Shown here one piece after another: positions 1 through 13,095 of a DNA stretch of 64,000 nt. Numbering within the stretch: the stretch's first letter is position 1; every line of letters starts with the position of its first letter. The position numbers were made by a program, and so were the translations under genes. Location: positions 72,827,591 to 72,891,590 of the forward strand of contig NC_068990.1 in assembly GCF_001194135.2 (NCBI RefSeq), written 5' to 3'. The stretch comes from Octopus bimaculoides (lineage: Eukaryota). A model generated the notes under the pieces. The model made no database searches. It had not been told where the DNA came from and worked only from the letters and a program-made list of their open reading frames with translations.

Positions 1-527
1 GTTGATAAATATTATTCATAGTTGAAGATTATCAAAGTAAAGAGGATATAAATCAAAATTTAAATAAGCTGTATTATTTGGAAACAAGATCTAATTTATG
101 AACCACTGGGCCTGCTTGTCCCAGGGAATATCAAACCAGATTGAAATGCCTGCTATTTCATCTTCTTGCGGTAGGTGACAACTGTTGATAAAAAAAAAAA
201 AAGAAAACATCTATTTTCAATGCCTGTTCCAGAGGGTTCTTGGGATGTCATAGTTAACAGTAAATGGGTATCATTCACTAGAACTATGTGTGAATTTCTG
301 CAAGGATTTCTTAAAAACTGAGCTGGCATATTTCATTCTTTGACAGACAGGCTTGACACTGTGAGTGAGATGTAGTCCTAGATGTAGCACAGCTGAGGAA
401 AAAAAGAATATTGAACTTACAGTGCGGACCCAAATGCACACAACTCAGTTGTATTATAATGAAGTAGTTTATCGCATAAGCAACAGAATACTGGAGTATA
501 TTCTGAGCATTGGCGAGAACGCTTTAA

Positions 528-747
528 CCCTTTAGTATTTAAACTAGCCATATTTAGCCTTAATATCTGACTTGTTTTGTGTCCAAACTGATCAGATTTA
601 GCCTATCACACTTCACCTACAATGTCATTCTAAAAATAAACAGTCACATCATTTAAATCTCAAAGCTATGGGATAATGCATGATTAATTCAAAACAATGT
701 GAATAAATAAGCAATACATTAGACAGAATAATCTGAATGCTAAAAGG
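528..747 (+). mobile_element. piggyBac-type MITE (TTAA-flanked, non-autonomous)
   Basis: TTAA at 524-527 and 748-751 flank the termini CCCTTTAG...CTAAAAGG. Related copies occur at 31667-31803 and 41172-41332. Confidence 0.8.
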
Positions 748-829
748 TTAAGCATTTTTTTTTTTTTTGTGGAAGCTTTCCTGATTAGTGATTATAAATA
801 GTTTTTGAAAGTCTTAAGACAGACTTGCC

Positions 830-1355
830 AATGTAAATGGGAGGCACTGCCAGTTTGGGATAAATTCTACAGTCACAGTAGTCCAATCAGCTAGATGTGT
901 CCAACAACATAAGGAAGAGTTACAAAACCATACACTATACAAACATTTTGCTTGACTATCTGACATGTTGTTGCACTATGAACACTACATTGAGACACTT
1001 AAAATGCTTAGAGAGGTCATTTGGATGAAGAGGTTGAACAAGAATCCGAAGACAATAGTCCACTTTCACTGTAACAAGGCATGGCTGCACAACATCTTTG
1101 GCAACAAACCAGGCAAATTGGTCAAATGTCCCCAGATACTGTACAGCCTGGATCCAATGCCCTTTGACTTCTGCCAGCTTGCTCTAATGAAAGACAGTCA
1201 TCAGAGACAATGATTTGGTGATACAAATGAGATGAAAGTAGTGGTGAAAAGGTGAGTGTAACAGTGCACGCCTGAATTTTTTTTTCAAAGAGGATTCAAG
1301 AGTTAGATTCAGTGATGCTAAAAATGCATCACTAGTGATGGAGACTACACTGAGT
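830..1355 (+). mobile_element. Decayed mariner (Tc1/mariner) transposase C-terminal remnant
   Basis: ORF 965-1213 (YIETLKMLREVIWMKR...HFHCNKAWLH...YSLDPMPFDF) aligns by eye to the mariner motifs Y..L..LR.AI..KR, HHDNARPH and PYSPDLAPSDF. Downstream DNA resembles the mariner C-terminus (GI..L...W..C...GDY.E). Confidence 0.75.
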
Positions 1356-1472
1356 ACTACCTTTGCATCAGAGCAAGAGTTACTCTATCAAATGTGCAAT
1401 TTGAATGACCTATGTCAGTTTATAAAAGCTTATTAAGAACAACTCTTGTGTGTATGTATGTGTCTGTATATA

Positions 1473-1506
<34 letters not shown>

Positions 1507-2076
1507 CACATATACCAAGAGAAAGAAAGAGAGAGACACACACATGCATGCACACACATGCACAACCAGACCACAGTTACCACTTGCAAAGCAAGTATCA
1601 CTTAGTAGCATGTACTGTGTTTTTAGTAATAGTTTTAGATGCTCAAGTAGTTGTGAGCATGCATAGTAACATCTCAGCCATCCAATCCTGGGCCCATTGG
1701 AACAACTAGGATGTAACAGCCAAGTACACTGGAGTAGCTTGAAATGAAGTGCATCACTCAAGGACACAACCCAATCTGAGATTCAAGGACACAACCCAAT
1801 CTGAGATTCAAGCACACAACTACTTCATCATGAGTCCAATATAGTATTTACTATGCCACAATATATATGTGTATGTATGTATATACAAAATATGTATGTA
1901 TATACACAAACACAGACACATTTATAGCTGAGTATTTCATTTTTACATTAACAACTATTAGTTTCACCATAATGAAACTCTTAAAGTAATGTCAGCATAA
2001 TGTGTAATATTTCACCTTCATTTAGTGATTCTTGAAAAAAATACAATAAAAGCAACTATCGTGTCTCAAAAGTAAT

Positions 2077-2179
2077 TTATTTGATTTGTAGGATGAGTGT
2101 TTTCATTGGCTGTTCCAGCTGCAGGGATTCTGTGTCTAGCTCTTCGTTTAATTCATTTAATGCATGTGAAGGTGTGTAT
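2077..2179 (-). other. Candidate terminal coding exon (unverified)
   Basis: ACAG acceptor at 2180-2183, then an open frame YTPSHALNELNEELDTESLQLEQPMKTLILQIK*. The polypyrimidine tract is weak, and a competing plus-strand exon (2092-2171) is also possible. Confidence 0.15.
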
Positions 2180-2959
2180 CTGTGTCAATATATTTGTTGA
2201 AGTAGCTCAGTGGTGGTTAATTTGTGAATTTATTTAAGAAATGAAATATAAATTTATCTTTTCTTTTGTGGGTTTTTAAAAGCAAGTTATTTTAGAGGGA
2301 ATAAATAATCCAATTTATTGAATAACTGCATGCTCGTGTATTTGAGAGGCATCAGAAGATTATTCTGAAGTTATTAGCATTTAAAGCATGAAATATTATT
2401 TAAAGAGGAAAGAAAAAATGCCAGGTTTTGTTCAAATTTCATGTGACTGATGTTGATAAACCATTAGGATATTTACGATGATGTTTGTGCATGAGAGGGA
2501 GTGAAAAATTAATTCCATGTGTGTAGCTTATAACTTTATTTTGTGTTCCTGGGAAGGACGCTTTTGAAGGTATAAGAGCTTCAAAGAGCATCTGATCCTA
2601 CAAGCTCGTGTTTTACTTAAGAATCACTATTTAATAATATTGAATACATTGTTGTTTTTCACAAGCCAAGTATGCATTGTTAATATGGTATCCATTTTAC
2701 TTAACAGCATTCTAAATGTAACATTATGTTGATAGAGTCTGTTCTTAGATTGCTTACCAGTCATTCCTAGCAATGTTAGATATAGCAATGGATGCATATA
2801 TAACTGTTTTTTTCTCCAAGGCAGTTATAATGGACTGGGCAAATGTTTTAAAAGTGATAATAACATTTCTATAGTCTGGTAATTCAGATTAGTCATTATC
2901 TTTTCAATTAATAATAGATACAAGGATGTTTGCAAATATTTTTTTTAATATGGACTATC

Positions 2960-3765
2960 TTATTTTGAGTGAGATGGTGTCAGAAAATTTCCTACACTTA
3001 TCATCCAGGGAAACATATGTTGTTTCAAGATGGTAAGAAGTTTTGCATTTATTGAACATGGTATACAAAACCATGTAGTGTCTGTATTGCAATTTTTCCA
3101 GTCATATTCATACCTGACAACACACAATGGCACAGAAACATGTGTTCTGTGTTCCAGTGGCATCATTTATAGCCCGATATGCTTTTACACATTATTTTCT
3201 GCGAGAAGGATTTTCTCCAGGACTAGTTCCAGAACGAAAGGTCTCCCCAAGTCTGACCATACATGACCATGTTAAATATGGTTGTATGTGATTGTACCTT
3301 ATTCAAAACTACTTCATGCAGCTCAAGTTATTTAACTCCAGCATGGTCAAGCTTTACACATATCAGTAAATTTACTATTTACTGTTCTTATAAATAAGAA
3401 CTATCTTTCTTATAGACCTGTGAAAGGCAAATTTTGTATTCATAGCTGATGTCATACACTGACACTGAAACATCTGTGACCGACGATCTAATGATATCGT
3501 TCATGGCCTGTGTTTACACACATTTTGTCAGTGAGGAGATTTTTCTCCCAGGTTATTTCGACAGTGAAAGCTCTCCCTACATCTGAGCTCACAAGAACGT
3601 GGTAAATATTGTTGCACATGATGACAGACATTATGTTGCCATATGAGTTTTCTCCCCTCTAGTTGTTGTACAAGTTTTCTCCCCTGTCACTGCAGGCGCA
3701 TTGTGTTGCATCAAGAGGGGAGAAAACTTGTACAACCACATTATTCACCTACAGTGTGCTAAAGG
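2960..3765 (-). mobile_element. piggyBac transposon remnant (one terminus plus decayed Cys-rich C-terminal domain)
   Basis: Terminus CTAAAGG|TTAA at 3759-3769 and a perfect 21-bp subterminal inverted repeat (3665-3685 / 3716-3736). Minus ORF 2960-3166 (CVVRYEYDWKNCNTDTTWFCIPCS) resembles the piggyBac C-terminal CRD. The second terminus was not found. Confidence 0.6.
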
Positions 3766-4579
3766 TTAATAAGGAATTATGTTTGGAATAGCTTGGAACA
3801 CTACCACTGTTGGTGTTGTTTTGCTTCTATAGATCTTTTGGCAAACAATTATTTTTCCGAAAACTCAGAATAATTTAACAACGGGCATGCATAAAAGCTA
3901 TTGTGTATTTATACAAAGAAATTTCTGAGTATATATAATGATGTCCTGACCAATTGGAACATCTTTGCATGCAAAAAAAAAGATAAATAAATAAAAGTTT
4001 TGTGTATATAAATATTTAATAGTCATAATGCTTAAACATAGTTACAAATATTTTAGATTTTCTAAAAAATAATTTAACTAGCTGATGGCAGTTGATAAAT
4101 ATAAATCTGCTAAGATCCAAGGATTTATAAACACACACACACATTTTTAGGAAGATGGTCAGGCCACTTAAAATAAAGAACTCAAAGATGGAAGTCCATA
4201 AATGGTGAATTCAACAAAATATCTTCTATTGCAACGGTAGCTAGTTATCAGGAAAGAGGAGCCTACAGGCAAAACAAGATGTATTTTGCTGGACTCACAG
4301 TTATGGATTAAACATGTAGATACAGACACACACCATGCACACATGCACAGGCACACACATATATACACACATACACACACACCACACGTAACTGATGTTG
4401 CTTACATGAAACGAGGCAAGCAATGCATGCCTACAATATATAAATGAAAGCAAATACATTCTAGTTTAATATACATTGTTCATATTTATGAAAGACAGCT
4501 GGAAAGAAGGTACATATGTGCTATACATGTGTGCGCATATGTGTGTGTGTGTATGGTGGAGTGCATACATGTGAAGCAT

Positions 4580-4800
4580 TATGGTCAAGTAGTTAGTGTG
4601 TTGTGCTCTCAATAGTAAAATTAAGGAGTCTTATGCCTGAACTGAGCAGTGCATTGTGTCCTCAAGCAAGGCACTTCATTTCACGCTGCTTCAGTACATG
4701 CAGCTAAAAAAACAGGTTCTATCTTATTGCTGGAGCATGCATAGGGGAGTTGAGAGACTGTCGGAGTCAGCTTGTCACACCAAGGTCACTTAAAACATTT
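4580..4800 (+). mobile_element. tRNA-derived SINE-like repeat (family C)
   Basis: Degenerate tRNA-like head followed by CAAGGCACTTCATTTCAC. Similar segments occur at 54660-54975 and 59960-60190. Confidence 0.55.
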
Positions 4801-4851
4801 AATGAAAGCACAGCACAGGCTACCAAGCCATACTTACTTGCAAATTATGAT

Positions 4852-4885
<34 letters not shown>

Positions 4886-5147
4886 TGTGCGTGTATATAC
4901 AAGATAATTACAATGAATATACAAATTAGTACGTCTGCATATTCATTGTAATTATCTTGGATTTCACCCTGCAAAATATTCTTAATCCAGAGAAGAGAAC
5001 CTAGGATTTGTCCATTGGATGAATTACACTGGGATCGCTCACCTTAACCAATCCTAGGTGCTTCTTACAAATTGATGCAGTTAAGCTTAACTCAGATTTT
5101 AACTGAGTGCTCATACAGTACCTACATGAAAAATTTATCCCTATGTA

Positions 5148-5186
<39 letters not shown>

Positions 5187-7006
5187 CATACATAGATACA
5201 TACAAATATATTTTTGTGCATATAAAGACATGTGTGTATACACACACACATATACACACCTCCACACATATATGAATGCATATGTGTATACATGCATAAA
5301 TGTGTGTGTGTGTGTGGTAAGTGTATCCATCACTATGCATCACCAAATGTTTCTCTGGCATAAAATAAATAAATCACTATTGGAGATGATTGCTAAATAT
5401 ATTTGAATACTTATCCAGCTTTGCTTTTCTGCATGCATATAACTTAATATCAACACAAGAAGTAAACTAACTACTGAGTTTCAGGCAAAAATGTGTCTTT
5501 AAATTATTTATCTTCTATATATTTCCATTTCCTCTTTTAGACAATATATATCCTTATGTATCTTATTTAATCGTGCTTCTGTCACTAAATAAAATACACG
5601 TCAAGAATTATTTCCCAGACTTAATACTGGTTTTACTACTGTGCATTATTATTTTGGTAAGTATCCTTCAAACTACTGAGGTCTGTGTTCCAGAAAAATC
5701 ATGCTCTAATATGGAGTTCCTTAATGCAAAACACATTTTCCCATTTATTCCATGTTCATTGTTTTCCATCTTACAAGACATCAATAATGGAAAACTAAGT
5801 TTTGCATTGTGGACCTCCATATTACAGCAAGATTTTCAGGAGTACAATACTTTTAGAATGTGGAGACATGGGAAAGAGTCCTTGTAGCTAGCATCATTTT
5901 CTTTTTCTTAATGCAAACAGCTAACATTAGGATAATTATTGTCAAGTGAAAAAGGCGGGATTAATTTGGTGTAGTTGATGTCTAAGGTTGATTTTTAAAA
6001 ATTTGTTGAAGGAAACATGTTGAGACTCATATATATTTAGAATGCAGCCAAAGCTATTTACTTAAGAAATTCACTTCAAAACCACATCATTCCAGATTCA
6101 ATTCCTCACATCAGCTCCTTGGAAAAGTATTTACAACTATAGCCCTGAGTAGATCAAAGCATTGAGACTGAAACCATGCAAATCTGAGGTGGGGAGGGGG
6201 TTATGTGCATAGATTACTTAATGGACAGAGGAACAGATATCAAACCAAGAAGTCATCACTTCATGCTTCATTTCTGACACTACACTCATGTAAAGAAAAT
6301 AAATTGAGCCCCAGGGGAAAATAATGATAAACAACCTCTGTAAATGCCATGAAATTGCTCTGCACATGCAGGTTCCACAGGGCCAACAGAAGTCAGACAT
6401 GACTTGAAGCATTTGTACACATTTAGAAAGCAAATATAAGATAGGATCTACCAGGTCAAGTCAGTGAATGAAAGATTCAGAAGGAGCAGTAGTATCAACT
6501 GGAAAGAAGTAATTGTTGGTAAAGGTGAAACCAAGCATGTCATTGTAACAATATCTCACAGCCAGGAGAAAGATGTTGGACATAATTATAAACCTTGAAG
6601 CACACAACACTTGTTACAATCTAGGAAAGAAAGAACCAATCAGCACATGTTGCAACGGTGCTATTTCACAGGAAATATTCAATGCAAGAGATGAGAGATA
6701 GCTAAAGCCCATAGGTGGGCAGCTCAGTTGTGAGATTTTCTTGCTTGACATGGTTGGGTATTCCAATGTCCGATGCAACAAAAATGCATTTATCAAACAA
6801 CTAAAGGGTAAAGGAAAACTGCTGAATGATTTAAGAAAACAGGCTTTCCATAGATTTGGATCTACAGAAGTCATATTGATGATCAAAAAGCAAGGAGAGA
6901 AGGTGGGACTGAAACTGTTGTAAATGGTTACGGACTGCTTCCATGACCCTTTGAACTGTTGGAAGTAAGAGCATTAGAACAGATAGTCTTCTCTCTCTCT
7001 CTCTCT

Positions 7007-7016
7007 NNNNNNNNNN
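7007..7016. other. Assembly gap (10 N)
   Basis: N run between (CT)n and (AG)n tracts. Confidence 0.99.
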
Positions 7017-7690
7017 ATACAGAGAGAGAGGGGGAGGGGGAGAGAGAGAACAATTGAAGTGTTTGGCAAAGAAAGACACTGGTTTCTGTGTGCAACAATG
7101 ACATAATAAACATTTTCTTAAAAAAGGAAAATCATGAACATTGGTGAGGACATTGTTAAAAAGAAATATGGGAGTTTGAATTGAAAGAAAAATCAAACTG
7201 AACAAGATTTGAAAACAGAATGCAAATGGGGCACTAGTGTGACAATATCATTTCATCTAATCACTCAATGATAATAATATTAATAACAGCAGTGGCAATG
7301 ATAGCAACGACAAAAACAACAATAACAATAATAATAATAATAAATACTAAGAAGGAGAGAGAGAGAGAGAGAGAGAAACATTGAAGCCATATTGCTAAAA
7401 TATTTAAAGGAAAATGACACTTGAGGATGAGATAATATTTTGTCACTCAAATATGATATTTATTATTAAATTTTTCTTTTCTTCTTTTTTTTTAATACCT
7501 TCCTCTCACAATATAGCATAGAATACTTACAACTAATATCAGTTTGGAATGAAATGCAGAAGAAGAAAAAAAATGTGCTTTTAAATCCAGAGCAAAAATA
7601 AAAACTTTGTTGGCTGTTCAAGGAGTTTGCAATGATTAGAACTGAAACATCATTTGAAGATGAAACTAGTAAATTAGGATAACCAAATAC

Positions 7691-8071
7691 AGTCGATTCT
7701 CAATTTAAACTAGGTTCCAGTGGGGAAACATGGTCACAAAGAGAGGAGTTAATTTGGGATGGCAAAAATGGTGCAACGTCCAAAGTTGATTCTCAATTTA
7801 AACTAGGTTCCAGTGGGGAAACATGGTCACAAAGAGAGGAGTTAATTTGGGATTGCAAAAATGGTGCAAAGTCCAAAGTCGATTCTCAATTTAAACTAGG
7901 TTCCAGTGGGGAAACATGNNNNNNNNNNGTCACAAAGAGAGGAGTTAATTTGGGATTGCAAAAATGGTGCAAAGTCCAAAGTCGATTCTCAATTTAAACT
8001 AGGTTCCAGTGGGGAAACATGGTCACAAAGAGAGGAGTTAATTTGGGATGGCAAAAATGGCGCAAAGTCCA
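7691..8071. repeat. 93-bp tandem repeat (minisatellite), about 4 copies, spanning a 10-N gap
   Basis: Units start at 7691, 7784, 7877 and 7980 (the last offset by the 10 N at 7919-7928) and are near-identical. Confidence 0.95.
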
Positions 8072-8264
8072 GCAAGGACATGAGAAGAGAAAATTGATAC
8101 AATGATAGGACAGACGAGCAATAACTTACTTTATGACATAACTGATGAGAAAAAGGTACATAAGGCTTTGGAGATCATAATCTTAGTAAAATAGCAATTT
8201 TTGTACATACTTCAACATCTGACTTAAAACTATCCCAATTTTTCACCAAATATCTTGGGCAAAA

Positions 8265-8600
8265 TATTGGTATCAAAATTTGGAACAAGTCCAGCAATTT
8301 CAGGGAGGGAGTAAGACAATTACATCAGCCCCACTCCTCAACTGATACTTATTTTATTAACTCTGAAAGGATGAACAGCAAAGTGGATCTTGGAAAAATT
8401 TGAACTCAGAACATAAAGACAAGACAAATTGTTGTAAAGCATTTTGCCCAGTGTGCTAACAATTTGGCCATCTCATTTTGAAACATGTGAAGGTTGTTGA
8501 CAAGAAGAGCATCCAGCCACATAAGTGTCTGCTCCAACATACTCTCATCTAACCCATGCAAACATGGAACAGAAGACATTATGATGATGGTGGTAGTAAT
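8265..8600. mobile_element. Mosaic of degenerate SINE fragments (family B minus; RTE-tail with (GAT)n plus)
   Basis: 8265-8470 matches the reverse complement of family B. 8480-8600 has AAGAGCATCCAGCC...AACCCATGC...GATGATG. Confidence 0.6.
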
Positions 8601-10080
8601 GATGATGATTTGTAGTTGTTAATTACTACTTTTAGTACAAACTATCCTACACTGACAATTTTTTATATTTTGGCATCTGAAGCAGCTGGAGAAATGATAG
8701 TTTGACCAAAAGAACTGGCTATTCCAAGCAAAAATAAATATTTAAAAAATTGCATTTGGCCAAATTTGGACATATGACAGTTTAGCATAATAGCAATGGT
8801 TTGTAGAAGAAAGTAGCAGGGATCATGTAAGATGGTCATTTAAATCAAGAAATGCTTTGGTGTGAATCTGAACCATTTTCCATTCAAATAACCAGCCAGT
8901 GCATGTGTGCGTGTGTTTGTGTGCAGTGATGGTGATGTAAGAAAACGAGTATTAGAAGACTTTAAAGTGCTCATGGAACATAGCTGCAACAGAACTAAAT
9001 GGCTGTGATCAGGAATGAACTAAGTGGAAACCAACCTATGTGTATGCCAGTGGCTAAAATTAAGGTAGACAAATATACATAGTTTCTGCATTTGTCATCC
9101 ATTTACATTTCAAAGATTGAGATAGGCTGTGCATGCTGGATAATTTTCTGATTAAAATTACTCTCACACAGAATCAACTCCAATTGCTAAGTAAAGTTCG
9201 TAAATAGATCGCTTACTTCTATATCTACACACTATTAATATTCCAGTAATATCCAAATATATAAATACGATTAAAATTATATTTCTGTTCTAAAAATGTT
9301 CTTTGCAGCAGAGTAAGACAAAACAAGAATGTTAAAGAAAAATTAAAAATTTTTTCTCTCTTTTCAGCCATGGGCATTAACAAAATCAAAGCTTGGTCAG
9401 TGTGCTTGACAACATAGTCAGACAGAATGTGAAAGAGCAGAGACTGTTATAACTCTGAATGTAGAATGCTACATCAGGTAGGCAGCCAGTGAGTCAAAAT
9501 CTTCAAACGCTTTGCAGAGTCTAGCTGTGCAGTAAAGTTTTAATTATAGTAGTAGGTAAGTTGTTCATACAGTATAATTGGTGTTAGTAGTGGTATCACA
9601 ATACCAGGTGTATAACAAGTGGTTTGCACAAAGGGAAACCAAAAGATATAATAGTGAAAATAGTATGGGAAATGTGAGCAATCGAGAATGAGATGAACAT
9701 ACTTTATTTGTAAGAGGGCTAGAAAATATAGGAATTAGAAATAGTGAATATTGTTTAAGAGAGGTAAATACACTATACCTTAGATAATGTGATACTTATG
9801 ATTGACATAAACACTACAAATGGTATGAGATAGCAATAAAAAAAATAAAAATTTAATACAATTAAGGCTACAGAAGAGAAGTTAAAATTATCAAATCCCA
9901 TTCAATTTTAATTTTGTGAAAATGGTAAAAGAAATATAAAAATATGAAACATGATATATCACACACACACAGATATGTAAAACACACGCAAATGAGGGTT
10001 AAAGAAGAGAACATTTAAAAATGAACTTTACAGAATATAGCTGTTTTGATTAAATATCATATATGAGATAGTTCACTTAC

Positions 10081-10350
10081 TGGAAGTTGCTAAAATTAAG
10101 TGAAAGATAACTTGTGATCTTTCTCTTTGTAAGATTCTTAAGCAGGCAAAACACTCAAAAGGCGTTCTCTGTGATGATTACCATGTAGATTTAATAGGTA
10201 ATTTGACTGTTTTACCTTCTCGTTTCAAAGGTCCCCAAAGTCAGAATGTTCTTTGGTAGAGAATTAGAGCAAGATCAAAACAATTCCTCTTCGTGTGAGC
10301 ATCTTCGAAAAGTGAAAACTTACCTGAAAGTAAATAGAAACAACCAGTGA
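10081..10350 (-). promoter_or_regulatory. Candidate recursive splice site (YnCAG|GTAAGT) with downstream cryptic exon
   Basis: Minus strand reads TTCTCACTGGTTGTTTCTATTTACTTTCAG|GTAAGTTT with the junction at 10324/10323. Downstream 5' splice sites follow 10216 (AAG|GTAAAA) and 10081 (CCA|GTAAGT). Confidence 0.4.
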
Positions 10351-10967
10351 GAATTTATTATTTAGCATTTAGTTAAGCTATGCTAACACGATACAATAAT
10401 AGAGAATACTTTATTCATTTATTATGTTTTATCAAATCAAAAACTGTTCTGCAATGAAGAACAAATGCACAAAAATACATAGACGGCTACTACTGGTGAA
10501 TTTAATTTAGGATAATAAAAAATAAAAGAATCAAGATTCAAGCTCTCTTTTTACTTTTTTTCTTTCAAAATTACAACAAACATTGAAAAAGACAAATTGA
10601 ATTATTACACCTTTCCTTATCCACGGCATTCACTAATTCAGATGCCAAACATATAAAACTTAAGAAGAGTCAGTTTCATTCAAATTCTTTCATTCTCACT
10701 AAATGTTTGTCTATGAGTCAGGTGTACATACGAAATGCTGAAAATATTAAATTAGATGGAGTCACATACAGTAGATTTGAGCAAACCTTCATGTCAGTAA
10801 GAAGAATTTTTTTCCCTTCTTTTTTCTTTAGGGTTGGTATACACGTAGAGTTACAAATGATAACATTAATTGGATAGCTTTCAAAAAGTTTTAAAACAAT
10901 TAGTCACTAGCTTTTACTATTTTCTAATCTTGTTACTGCAATTTTCAATAAAAATCAGGGAACTTAC

Positions 10968-11112
10968 ATCTTGTAAATGTAGCTCTTTATACTTTTGACT
11001 TTCTCTCTTTCTTTTCTTTGGCTTATCTGAATCAATTCTCTTTCAAGCTCAGATTGCACATGCACTAATCATTATTTGCTTGAATCCAAATGTATCAACT
11101 CAAAATGTCTTG
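10968..11112 (-). other. Candidate non-coding exon
   Basis: Acceptor GTGTTTCATATTTCAG and donor AT|GTAAGTT, 145 nt, stops in all three frames. Confidence 0.25.
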
Positions 11113-12011
11113 CTGAAATATGAAACACTATCTCTGAAAATGAGTCATATTACCTATAATTTGTGCATAAATAGGAATCTCTGAAGACTTACAATGGATG
11201 CAAATTTTCAGAATACATTTCTAATAATGCTTGCTCAAGGAAGCTAAAGAATAATGTAGGTTAAGCAATGTGTTGTTTTAACATTCTACACTATGACAAG
11301 TAATACTATAAAGTAGATAAACTAATATTTTATTATCCTATGCACTAACGAAACAAAGAGAACCAATCACATGAGCCTTCTGATCAGAAGTTTCTGTAAA
11401 CAGATACTAAATAAGTTCTATTGACTTAAGGCAGTCAGATATTTGTGGCATTTATAGTATTCATGCCTTTCCTCAGGACATTGTCTAAACAAGTGAAAAA
11501 TAAAAGCAACTATAAGAAATTGAATTTAGGTCAGAGACACTTAAAAACTATAATTATTTTAGAAATGAATTGCAGAGAATCTATCCGCCCCCCCCCAAAA
11601 AAAAAAACTAGGTATAACATCAATCTAAAACTGATGTGCAATCACTTGCATATAAAACTGAAATATGGAATTTAAAACACAGATACACCACAGTCTCAGA
11701 CAAAGAAGCAATGCTAACATCTATTATGGGGCCTTCAAGATCAAAAAACTAAATGTCATTGATATTCAATTCTAACTTCTACAGGCTGATGCCTCTAACA
11801 AAAATGAAAGTAGGGAAAACATTCTAAAAAGTTGCAAGTGTGAAGAATAAGGATTTGGTGACATGTTTCATACAGGATTTAAGGGGTGAGACATAGTAAG
11901 GATGACTGTTGCAATTGCTTACTCCTATTTCAGCCCTGTTAGGGCTGATCGGTAATCAAAGGCTCTCCAATACATACATACATGCATGCATGTATGTAAG
12001 TATGTATATAT

Positions 12012-12155
12012 TGGCATGGTTGTGTGATTACATACTGCACTTTGTAAACATGTAATGTGAGGTTCAGTCCCACAGCACAGCATCCTGAGCAAGTGTTTTC
12101 AACTATAGCCCCAGGCCAAACGACACCTTGTGAATAAATCTGTTAGACAGAATCT
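12012..12155 (+). mobile_element. tRNA-derived SINE family A, 5' part
   Basis: GGCATGGTTGTGTG...GGTTCAGTCCCAC...GAGCAAGTGTTTTCAACTATAGCC matches the other family A copies. Confidence 0.7.
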
Positions 12156-12889
12156 ATCTACCAAGTTCCACTGTGAGTGTGTGCGTATGTGTGTGTGCGT
12201 GCATATACGTTAAAACACATACATGTTAATGAACATATATATATATATGCATGCTCTTGCCCCTCCACCTCTAAAAGCTTTAAACATGACTGAAATATAG
12301 ATTAAACCAGCACCATTTTTTGAATGAACATCTGTGCTTTCCAACTTTCTTCAAGTATCCAAACAACCTTCAAAAGTATTTAAGTATTTAGTGATAATTC
12401 AAATAAAATAATTCAAAAATTTTAATAATTTAAAAGTGATGTAAAATAATAAAAAAACAAGAGCACTCAGAGAACTCAAACCTCCGTTAAGGCAACACCA
12501 ACGTCCTCTCAACGATTAGCCAGAGAATATTTTTTAAAATGAGAATATTTGAAATAAACTTGACTGCCCTCACAAACAAGAATACTAAAAATGAACTCAA
12601 CTACTCTCAAAAAGTAAGTAAAAAAACCAGAAAAGTAATCCAGAAACTTTGTCCGGTAGACAATTGATTCCAAAGTCTAATCAGTTTGTGCCAGCTATGA
12701 GGCCAAACATCCCTGGAAGTTTCATCTGAATACATCCAGTGGTTCTTTAGATATCTTGTCCACGGACAAACAAACAAACATGACTGAAAACAATACCCAG
12801 TCTGGGAATTGAACTCACAATCTCAAGATTGTGAGCCCGATGCTCTAACCAGAGCCATGCACCTTCACATGTGTGCGTGCACGTGTATG

Positions 12890-13095
12890 TGTGTTTATAG
12901 TTGTTTGTCCTCCACCACCACTTGACAGCCGTCATTGGTTTGTTTACATTCCTCCCCATAACTTAGCAGTTCAGAATAAACAACTGACGCAATAAGTAAC
13001 AGGCTTTAAAAAGTAAATCCTGGGGCTGATTCATTCAACTAAACTCCTTGAAGGTAGTGCCCATGCCAGCATGGCTGCAGTCCATTGACTGAAAA
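12890..13095 (+). mobile_element. SINE family A, 3' part
   Basis: TTTGTCCTCCACCACCACTTGACA...TAACTTAGCAGTTC...CAGCATGGCTGCAGTCCATTGACTGAAA. Confidence 0.7.

Noticed and set aside
1758-1820. 25-bp tandem duplication (a similar ~26-bp one lies near 56966-57022)
   Set aside because: Ordinary slippage duplications inside SINE copies.
6440-6925. Coding-like purine-rich segment
   Set aside because: Probably a TE fossil, but no motif could be assigned with confidence.
7691-8071. CRISPR-like array
   Set aside because: Units are contiguous with no unique spacers, the context is eukaryotic and there are no cas genes.
9368-9477. Plus-strand exon candidate (TTTTCAG|...CAG|GTAGGC)
   Set aside because: Stops in all frames and no supporting partner exons; indistinguishable from chance.
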